Shown here piece by piece: positions 54,048-64,000 of a stretch of 64,000 nucleotides of DNA. Within the stretch, counting starts at the first letter, position 1. Every line of letters starts with the position of its first letter. Under the pieces are notes generated by a model. It was not told the DNA's origin and made no database searches. It saw nothing but the letters and a program-made list of their open reading frames with translations. The position numbers were made by a program, and so were the translations under genes. This DNA comes from Octopus sinensis (taxonomy: Eukaryota). The DNA lies in assembly GCF_006345805.1 (NCBI RefSeq), contig NC_043016.1:3782001-3846000 (forward strand), read 5' to 3'.

Positions 54048-54109
<62 letters not shown>

Positions 54110-54111
<2 letters not shown>

Positions 54112-55518
54112 TCCTTTTCTGCTTAGCACTGACACCTATAATGTGCTATATAGAACTGGATGCAGATACAAATGTTACAGCAAAACGATCAGCCACCTTT
54201 TATATATGGATGACCTAACACTATACGCTGGAAATGATAAACACTACTACAGACAGCACATGGATTTACCTAACAAATAGATATGAAATTTGGATTAGAA
54301 AAAAGTCAAAGTAACCCTGAAAGAGGGAAACTAGTTAAGAGTAGCAACATCACCCTAGATAAAACCAATGAAATAAAAGAATTAGACCAAAGCCAGACTT
54401 ACAAATATTTAGGAATCCATGAACTAGATATGATACAACACACACAAATGCAAGACAAAATAAAGAAGGAATACTATAGACGAGCTAGATCAATACTAAA
54501 AACAGAGCTGAATGCTAAAAACAAGATAATAGGTATTAACACTTTAGTCGTCCCAGTTATAAGTTACAGATACAATATCCTTAACTGGTCACTAAATGAA
54601 CTAACCAAAATAGACAGGAAAACAAGAAACATAATGACAGGATCTAGGATGCACCTGCCAAAATCTGACATAGAAAGGCTATATATACAACATATAGAAG
54701 GTGGTAGAAGCCTTATACAGCTAGAAAACTATTTTAAAATAACCACCATAGGACTGCAAAAATACCCACTTCAGAAGCAAGGAAAACTAATCACGATGAA
54801 AAAAAACAGTCCTCAATATTTAAGGAAGCTGACAAATACAAACATGAAATCATATTACGTAACAAATAGGAGGAAGAAGAAACAACAAAAGCTATAAAAC
54901 AAATGAAATCCAAACTAAAGCTAGAACAGCAACGGACCATGATAAAACGATGGGATCTACATACACTGGAATCTATGCCAACACTATGGAGTAACAATAG
55001 AAAAAAGATGGTATAAGCAAACACCAGAAAAGGTCACATAAAATGAGAAAGTAACCATAATCTGGGATATGCCAATACACACAGATAGAGAAATTAAGGC
55101 CAACAGACCAGATATAGTTGTCAGAGATCATGAAGAAAAAAAATGTTTTCTAATTGATGTATCAATACCGGCAGATGACAACGTGTCTCTAAAAGAAATG
55201 GAGAAACTTTCAAAATAAAAAGACCTGGAAATAGAGGTAACTCGAATGTAGAATCATAAAACAGATACAATTCTTATCATAGTAGGCGAATTAGGTATGA
55301 TAAAAAATTATTTTCAGATAAATACATAACAAAAACACCAGGACTTACAAATATATATAACATACAGAAAATTGCACCACTTGACACTGCACACATCCTA
55401 CACAAAACACTTCCAATACAGTAACCATAAGAGCATCAAACCAAACCACAGCACATATCCAAGACACACAGAGCTGCGCTCGGTAGTGAAGTGAAAGCAC
55501 GTTATAAGAATAAAACTA

Positions 55519-55522
<4 letters not shown>
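54110..55522 (+). mobile_element. 5'-truncated R4/Dong LINE, same subfamily as 22706-25195, with complete 3' end
   Basis: SHLLYMDDL, HLPKSDIERLY..EGGRSL, ILWDMPIHTDREIKANRPDIVV...LIDVSIP. A ~460-bp (AAT)n tract follows. Confidence 0.92.
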
Positions 55523-55613
<91 letters not shown>

Positions 55614-55744
55614 TAATAATAATACTTATAATAATACTAATACTAACAATAATAATAATAAAACTAATAATAATACTAATACTAATAATAATAATAATAA
55701 TGATAATAATAATAATGATAATAATAATAATAATAATGATGATG

Positions 55745-55778
<34 letters not shown>

Positions 55779-55919
55779 TAATAATAATAATAATAATAAT
55801 AAAACTAATAATAATAATAGTAATAGTAATAATAATAATAAAACTAATAATAATAATAATAATAATAATAATGATAATAATAAAACTAATAGTAATAATA
55901 ATAATAATAATAATAATAT

Positions 55920-55950
<31 letters not shown>

Positions 55951-55981
55951 TAAATAATAATAAATAATAATAATGATAATA
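55523..55981. repeat. (AAT)n microsatellite
   Basis: Direct reading. Confidence 0.98.
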
Positions 55982-56531
55982 CTGATGCAGTACCAGGCAG
56001 TGGCTCTCATGGCTTCTGATCTTAACTGATTGGAAGTGTTATCATGTACGTTGTTTTGTCTTGGTATAAAAGATGGGCTACAGCAAATATTCTGCTCAAA
56101 CCACAGATTTGTTTGTCAGTTGTTTGGCCTTAACCAGTTGAGCATGTCCCGTAGTGGCTGACGATATGTGCATCTCTGATCACGAGCAGAAGTAGTGGGG
56201 GAGCATCATAGCCATGTGTTGAGAGGGATTCTTTGGGGTTTGAATAATTCACCTCTGGAAACATGGGTGGTTTTTTCAACATCCTTAAACAACCCTTATT
56301 CAGGGACCGTTTGAGCGGGATGGGCTACTCAACCTGAAGAAAATTCTAACTGGGCCCCACCTACAAGGTCATGTGCTGTTTATCTTGATATGAGATCACC
56401 ATGTCGCGCACATATGGTTGTGATGCATGTGCCTGGTGTACCCTTATCAGACGAGTAGTCATGATGGGTATACTGGGCTTCGTATATTTTACCCCAGTGT
56501 CACTTTGATGGCATGAACTGCTCTCTCACTC
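55982..56531 (+). mobile_element. ~550-bp non-coding interspersed element, copy 2
   Basis: Runs from CTGATGCAGTACCAGGCAGTGG to CTGCTCTCTCACTC + (AAT)n. Confidence 0.9.
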
Positions 56532-56567
<36 letters not shown>

Positions 56568-56568
<1 letters not shown>

Positions 56569-57376
56569 GGGAGGCGGAGGAGGAGCACCAGCCTTGACAA
56601 CGGCTGGACGTGTTCCTCACTGCTCTAACCATTCAGTAGCTGAAAGCCATGGAAACACTAATATGACCCAGCGGGACAACGGGGAAAAAATAACTCTCAA
56701 AGACTGGAAAATCTTCAATATCCTGTGAGTATTTAAAATTCTCTTCAAAATAAGTTAAGAAATTTACAAATTTACATATCTACAGTTTTCAAACAAACGA
56801 TCAGCTTTAAAAACTTTAATATCCACAAATGCCTTGAATACTCATCATTCCCTCTGTAAACAAGCTTTTTCTCCCCCTTCTTTCTAAAAACATCACACTT
56901 GTCTTTGTGCGGACTTACAAAAGACTATCTTTGGTGAATCTTAAAATTCTCTGTGAAAATTTGACTTTTCTTTCCTTCTTCCCATACGATAATGTATGGA
57001 TACCTTATTCAAGAATAACTGTAAGCATCCATTTTATTGCAGAAACACTACTGTTTTCTCTAACTGGACATACAAACAAAAGAAAAGTCAACTTCAGTCT
57101 CTGCAATATTACCTTTATTTTCTCCCTGACTACCCGAAATATGCAAACATACTTTTTATTGCAATAACAGAAATGCACGTTGAGAAAAAAAAAATGATTC
57201 TAATAATAGATTCTCTCTGATCGAACACAACTCTATTCACAAATAATACAGAACATAGTAAGTCGGCCCTTCCTTTTCTGAAGGACAAGGTCACTGTTCG
57301 CAAGTTCCAACAACAATGTAGTAGACATTTCAACTCTTTTTGACCGATCGGACCACATCCCACTTTAAAAAAAAAA
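56568..57376 (+). mobile_element. Non-coding module upstream of the Dong 5' end, copy B
   Basis: Shares both termini with 49852-50995: the GC-rich head CCAGCCTTGACAACGGCTGGACGTGTTCCTC and the end GACCGATCGGACC...poly(A). Confidence 0.85.
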
Positions 57377-57389
57377 TGCATGTGCCGCA

Positions 57390-57859
<470 letters not shown>

Positions 57860-57860
<1 letters not shown>

Positions 57861-58680
57861 GATAAATGCCGTCCCTGTATGAAAATTAGTGGTTAAAAAT
57901 AAATAATTAAATAAACAAATAGAAAACATTTTAAAAAATGAAAATTTAATAATAATTTAACTTTACTTAAAAAGAAAAGAATATTTCAAACAGTACACCG
58001 AATCGCTTGTCCAATGGTTATACAGGAGGTGCACCTGTCAGGGGGCTGCCAGCCTGATGGCAAAAGATTTTCAAATGGCAGAATATCTTCCACAAATACG
58101 AACCTGGAAGGTCACTTAAACGGGATTTGTCCCAAATTAAGCCCCCAAAGTCCACCACGACGACGACCAGAAAAGTGTAAAAGAACTAAATGGAACCGGG
58201 AAGAATATAAAGAAGTAATATACGCTTATTACTTTGCATTATGTAGGCCAATCCAAGAGAAACATACCGCAAACTCCTACAGAATTTGGAGGAGCCGGTA
58301 TACAGCTAGCAGACCAAACCTGGATGAAAACAGATTGGCAAATGTCAGAAGAGATATCTTCAGAAATACCAGACTCACAGATCAGAGGAAAACAAAAAAA
58401 AAGGCAGAGCATGCGAACTGTAAAAGTCGTGCCTGTAATAATTGGTGCGTCGGGGACAGTAAGACAAGATGTAGACAAATGGCCAATAGAGATTGAAATA
58501 GAAAACCCGGTAGGTCTCCTACAAAAAGTTTATCTCTTAGGGACAGCAAGGATTTCCAGGAGGGTTCTAAGCATTTGAAAGGCTGCCGAAAACATATGGA
58601 TACCTAAAATAACAGTTAGTAACCCGTTACTCACAATGAATAAGGCAAAACCTGAGCTGTTTCAAATTTACAGAAAAGAA
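57860..58680 (+). mobile_element. Dong 5' UTR and N-terminus joined directly to an RLE C-terminus and 3' UTR (internally deleted or chimeric), with an (AAG)n tail
   Basis: KCKRTKWNREEYKEVIYAYY...RRDIFRNTRLTD, then after ~58383 MRTVKVVPVIIGASG...LLGTARISRRVLSI*. Confidence 0.88.
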
Positions 58681-58849
58681 AGAAGAAGAAGAAGAAGAAG
58701 AAGAAGAAGAAGAAGAAGAAGAGAGAAGAAAGAAGAAGAAGAAGAGAAGAAGAAGAGAGAAGAAGAAGAAGAAGAAGAAGAAGAAGAAGAAGAAGAAGAA
58801 GAAGAAGAAGAAGAAGAAGAAGAAGAAGAAGAAGAAGAAGAAGAAGAAA

Positions 58850-59400
58850 TGCTCTGATGCAGTACCAGGCACTGACTCTCGTGGCTTCTGATCTTAACTG
58901 ATTGGAAGTGTAATCATGTACATTGTTTTGTCTCGGTATAAAAGATGGCCTACAGCAAATATTCTGCTCAATACCACAGATTTGCTTGTCAGTTGCTTGA
59001 CCGTAACCAGTTGAGCATGTCCCTTAGTGGCTGACGATATGTGCATCTCTGATCACGAGCAGAAGTAGTGGGGGAGCATCATGGCCGTGTGTTGAGAGGG
59101 ATTCTTTGGGGTTTGAATAATTCTCCTCTGGAAACATGAGTGTTTCGTTCAACATCCTTAAACAGCCCTTATCCATGGACCCTTTGAACGGGATGGGCTA
59201 CTTGACCAGAAGAAAATTCTAACTGGGCCCCACCTGCAAGGTCATGTGCTGTTTATCTTGATATTAGATCACCATGTCGCGCACACATGGTTGTGATGCA
59301 TGTGCCTAGTGTACCCTTATCAGATGTGTAGTCATGATGTACTGGGTTTCGTATATTTTACCCCAGTGTCACTTTGATGGCATGCACTGCTCTCTCACTC
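58850..59400 (+). mobile_element. ~550-bp non-coding interspersed element, copy 3
   Basis: Same termini as copies 1 and 2, followed by (AAT)n. Confidence 0.9.
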
Positions 59401-59423
59401 AATAATAATAATAATAATAATAA

Positions 59424-59490
<67 letters not shown>

Positions 59491-59721
59491 TATTTCTTTA
59501 CTACCCACAAGGGGCTAAACACAGAGGGGACAAACAAGGACAGACAAGCGGATTAAGTCGATTACATCGACCCCAGTGCGTAACTGGTACTTAATTAATC
59601 TACCCCGAAAGGATGAAAGGCAAAGTCGACCTCGGCGGAATTCGAACCCAGAACGTAACAGCAGACGAAATACGGCTACGCATTTCGCCCGGCGTGATAA
59701 CGTTTCTGTCAGCTCACTGCC
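59491..59721 (-). mobile_element. Full-length tRNA-derived SINE
   Basis: B box GGGTTCGAATTCC (forward 59637-59649) is followed by the central domain GTCGACTTTGCCTTTCATCCTTTCGGGG...AAGTACCAG. This resembles the widespread Meta/MESC-type SINE core (family name from memory). Confidence 0.8.
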
Positions 59722-59739
59722 TTATAGTAATAATAATGA

Positions 59740-59874
<135 letters not shown>

Positions 59875-59954
59875 CGCTGCCTGCTGCTGCTACTACTACT
59901 ACTACTACTACTAATAATAATAATAATAATTATAATAATGATGATGATAATAAA

Positions 59955-62150
59955 GCTGAGATTGACCAACTCGATCGCACTACCCGAAAGGCAATGACAA
60001 TGCATGGTGCCCTCTTGGACAATAGGAAGTTATTCCCAGAGGCACAAAAGGGATGTAAAAGGAGTTCATATGGATGTTAGGACCAATTACTGGTTGTTAA
60101 ATGGTCACTGAAAATTGTAAATCCTAACGCAGAAAACTTAACACCGCTTGGATAGATTACAAGAAAGCTTTTGACAGTGCCCCCTATGCGTGGATCATCA
60201 AGGCCCTAGAAATTTATGAGATATCTCCAGCAATTGTGAACTTTTAAAAAGTAATCATGAATTCGAGGAGAACCCCTACTCATTTTAAACCATCCACAAG
60301 GGTATACAACCTCACCAGACATCAATAACGCCTGTGGCACCTTTCAAGGTGACTCATTATCACCATTACTATTCTGCCTCGCTCTGTTTCCATTATCCAC
60401 GTAATTGAATAATGTTAAGAGAGGGTATAAGGTCTTTGATCAGAAAAATAATCATTTACTTTATATGGATGATCTAAAATTGTTTGCCGGAAGCAACAAA
60501 GAATTAGAAGAGCTGAATATTGTCAATTCATCTCTGATATAAGTATGGAATTCAGACTTGATAAATGTGTAAAGGCTACTTTCAAAGCAGGGAAGTTAAT
60601 AAAGGCAGAAAACATAGAACTTGATTCTACCACAGCTATTCGAAACCTAGATCAATCCGAAGTATGAACATATTTGGGAATCAGTGAAGGTGATGGTATC
60701 CAGCACTCTATAATGAAAGAAAAAATCTGCAAGGAATACAACCGAAGGATAAGACTGGTCCTACACTTAGAATTAAATGCTGCTAACAGAATTGATGCGA
60801 TCAACTCTTTGGCCATACGAGTGACTACATATAGCTTCGGTATCATTAATTGGAGTGTCGCTGACATGCAGAATATGGATGGAAAGATCCGTAAAATCTT
60901 TACAAGGTACCGAATGCACTATCCAAAATCAGATGTAGACAGGATTTATCTCCCAAGAAAAATAAGCAAAAGAGGCCTGATAGAGCTTGAGCAATCCTTC
61001 AAATCAGCAATAATAGGCCTTGAAACGAGCCTTAATACAAGTGATGTGCTCCTATGAACTTCTCTGAAGCATGATGATTCCAAGCAAGCTTCTGTCACGA
61101 AGCTTAGTAAGAAATTTTAAAAAGTCTCTTGACAACCAAATACTGAAAGACCTACCGTTGCTTCTCCTGATTTAGAAATTAACAACCAGAAAACCAAAGA
61201 GATCTAAATAGGGACAAACCTATCATTGATGGAGAAAACATCAAACAAGAAGCATAGAAGGCTTGCATGAATAACACCGAAAACAACTGGAAAGGAAAAG
61301 CCCTGCATGGAAAATATCCTAACCTCCTGTCCAAGCCATATATTGATCAAAATATAACACACCAATGGCTACGAGACAGGTCTGAAAGGGAAAACAGGTT
61401 TTGTTATTGCGGCGCAAGATCAGAACTTACCTACCAGAAACTACCACACAAACGTCCTTAAAGATAGATATAACCCCTCGTGCAGAATTTGCGAAATATT
61501 CACAGACACAATTGATCATGTTGTTTATGGCTACCCAGACCCCCTGGAAAGAGTACCTCATAAGACATGATGGACTAGGGCAGAACATCCACTGGAATGC
61601 TTGTAAATACTACAAAATTAAATCCCATGATAAGTGGTACAGACACCATCCAGAGGATGTAGAAAATGGTGAGGGCGTCACCATCCTTTGGAACCTCCCA
61701 ATCAACCAGACATTGTGATCAAGGACTACAACAGAGGAACTTGTGTGTTAAGAGATTTGTCAGTCCCACACGATCAAAGTGTCTCAAAAAAATGAATACG
61801 AAAAGCTTTCTCACTACAAAGATCTGCAAATTGAAAGCACAAAAACGTGGAAGCTTACTACTATGATAATACCAGTTGTAATTGGTGCATTGGGAATGAT
61901 AAAGAAGAGAGCTGAGAAGTATATTAGGCAACTCACTGCTAACTCCAATATCCGTGAACTACAAAAGATAACCTTGATGGGTACAGCCCATATACTAGGG
62001 AAAGCATTCTCCATCTAAAATGGAATAAATATGGTGATGATTTTAGCATGCATAACAAAACAAATGTGTCCTTGCTACTCTTGACCTCCGGAGGATGAAC
62101 GGTACTAAGGCAGCTGAAATAAAGGTATAATGAATAGAAACCATAAAATA
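59955..62150 (+). mobile_element. 5'-truncated, degenerate R4/Dong LINE with complete 3' end
   Basis: EAQKGCKRSSYGC, FQGDSLSP, HLLYMDDL, HYPKSDVDRIYLPR and LTTMIIPVVIGALG...LQKITLMGTAHIL, then a 3' UTR and (AAT)n. Confidence 0.92.
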
Positions 62151-62156
62151 ATAATA

Positions 62157-62197
<41 letters not shown>

Positions 62198-62214
62198 TAA
62201 TAATAATAATAATA

Positions 62215-62998
62215 TACCACTGCCGCTGCTGCTGCTAATAGTGATATTGCTGCTACTACTACAACTACTGCTGCTGCTGCTAATGATTATAAATGCGGCC
62301 CCTGTATGGAGATTAGTGGTTAAAAAATAAAAATAAAAAATAAATAAATAGAAAATATTTTAAAACATGAAAATTTAATAATAATTTAACTTTACTTAAA
62401 AAGAAAAGAATGTTTCAAACAGTACACCGAATCGCTTGTCCAATGGTTATTCAGGAAGCGCGCCTGTCAGAAGGCTGCCAGCCTGATGGCGAAAGATTTT
62501 CAAATGGCAGAATATCTTCCCCCAAAACGAAACCACCACAACGACCAGAAAAGTGTAAAAGAACTAAATGGAACCGGGAAGAATATAAAGAAGTAATATA
62601 TGCTTATTACTTTGCATTAAGTAGGCCAATCCAAGAGAAACATACCGCAAACTCCTACAGAATTTGGAGGAGCCGGTATACAGCTAGCAGACCAAACCTG
62701 GATGAAAACAGATTAGCAAATGTTAGAAGAGATATCTTCAGAAATACCAGACTCACAGATGCAGAATTAACCTCTATTAAAAAAGTGGTAAAGAATGACC
62801 TAAATGTAAGTCAGGAAAGAAATAACGAAGCTGAGGAGAGGAATGTTGGACCACAATCATTGACTGAAAGGCGACCATCTGCCGAAACCACTCAAGAGCC
62901 TGAAGAAAAAGGAAAATATAATGACCCTAGAAAAAGTAGCCAGGAAAATGATGTCGAACCAGAATTTGAAGACTACATATTTGCTGAACAACACAGAA
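62215..62998 (+). mobile_element. Dong 5' UTR plus N-terminal ORF (62410..63021), interrupted by a PLE insertion
   Basis: Near-identical to 57790-58383 and homologous to 48103..49270. Confidence 0.9.
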
Positions 62999-63850
62999 AA
63001 TTAGAAATATTGAATTTCTAAATGTCTCAGAGTGGAGTGGTCGTATACTGTCAACTCAATGTGACAGTCCCGTAAGGGAATTACACCACCGCCATTTAGC
63101 CCTAGGAAACATCGACGTCTCCTGTCGGTTTTGACACATTTTCTGTGTCCTTATATTTGTAAAGAAGAGGCAATCACCCCCGCAAGCCGGAACAAGGCAG
63201 CTGAAGACATATGTTTCTGAGTCTATTGCTCGTCGTCAGTTCAGGGTAGCCTGCCTCGCTCGCTGAGATGACTGCAACCCCTTCGCAATTATATCCTATT
63301 TTCAGTAAGATTTATTTACTGATCACCGAAATTAGAAATATTGAATTTCTAAATGTCTCAGAGGTACATAAGCGGTGGTGAAGCGATATAGTGGTCGTAT
63401 ACTGTCAACTCAATGTGACAGTTCCGTAAAGGAATTACACCAACGTCATTTAGCCCTAGGAAACATCGACGTTTCTTGTCGGCTTTGACACATTTTCTGT
63501 ATCCTTATATTTGCAAAGGCTTCCATGCATGCTTCAAAGCCCTCATCATCATCGATGTTGGGGTTTAAGGAAGAAACATCCTTGGTTACCAAAATACAGC
63601 CTTTTACACTACTTCGGTGTTTAGAAGATTTGTTCAATTTGGAAACAAAATCAGAAGTATCCCGAGTGTTGGAACTTGATCTTTTAGCAGAAAGCCATCC
63701 AACCATTTCGAAATTTTAGGAGTGCAACATTCATACCCACTGCAAATTAAGGGCGCAATGGAGGAAATATTTCGAAATTTTATTGTGTTTTTGGAAGACC
63801 GCACAATATAGGTGTTCTTCTTTCTGAACATCTTCCAAAAAACAGCCAAT
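62998..63850 (-). mobile_element. Internally deleted PLE: N-terminal RT motifs joined to a partial-tandem pseudo-LTR with an HHR
   Basis: CSGYECCTPKISKWLD and NTRDTSDFVSKL...ILVTKDVSSLNPNI...EG. There are direct repeats at 62998-63165 and 63330-63515. Confidence 0.85.
63201..63244 (-). ncRNA. Type I hammerhead ribozyme (minimal, palindromic loop III; one mismatch at the base of stem II)
   Basis: The minus strand reads CUGAA-CUGACGA-CGAG-caauaga-CUCA-GAAA-C-AUAU-G-UC|UUCAG. Confidence 0.78.
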
Positions 63851-63889
63851 CTCTCTTTATTACCAATAATAGTCGTGCTCTTCTTTTAA

Positions 63890-64000
63890 TAATGATGAGG
63901 AGGAGGCGAAGGAGGAGGAGAAGAAGAAGAAGGAAAGAAGAAGAAGAAGAAGAAGAAGAAGAAGATGAAGAAGAAGAAGAAGAAGAAGAAGAAGAAGAAG
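63890..64000. repeat. (GAA/GAG)n microsatellite
   Basis: Direct reading. Confidence 0.97.

Overview
This is AT-rich eukaryotic (animal) genomic DNA made up almost entirely of microsatellites and layered mobile elements. No host protein-coding gene, rRNA, tRNA gene or CRISPR array can be supported. The SINE families and the LINE mix resemble an octopod cephalopod genome (recognition from memory, not a database hit). The left part (1-28.7 kb) is (TA)n-rich and holds Penelope-like element (PLE) fragments with hammerhead ribozyme (HHR) motifs, non-autonomous Helitrons, tRNA-derived SINEs, an RTE LINE and an isolated L1/Tx1-type ORF1. The right part (about 33-64 kb) is rich in (AAT)n and other trinucleotide repeats and holds about a dozen R4/Dong-clade LINE copies (RT + CCHC + restriction-like endonuclease). 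One R4/Dong copy is essentially full length, and there is also a near-intact Tx1/L1 ORF2. Best second-look items: (1) a complete minimal type I HHR in a non-coding partial-tandem (retrozyme-like) unit at 7.4-8.0 kb, with a second HHR in the same architecture at 63.2 kb; (2) a ~550-bp non-coding element present three times with a fixed 5' end, each co-oriented downstream of a Dong tail and ending in (AAT)n; (3) a ~0.8-1.1-kb structured module found twice upstream of Dong ORF starts; (4) an RTE ORF ending in three tandem C2H2 fingers; (5) frameshifts in the Dong copy (all checked) and the Tx1 copy (several checked) that are single-base homopolymer contractions, suggesting assembly error in young, possibly intact elements. 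All translations and folds were done by eye.
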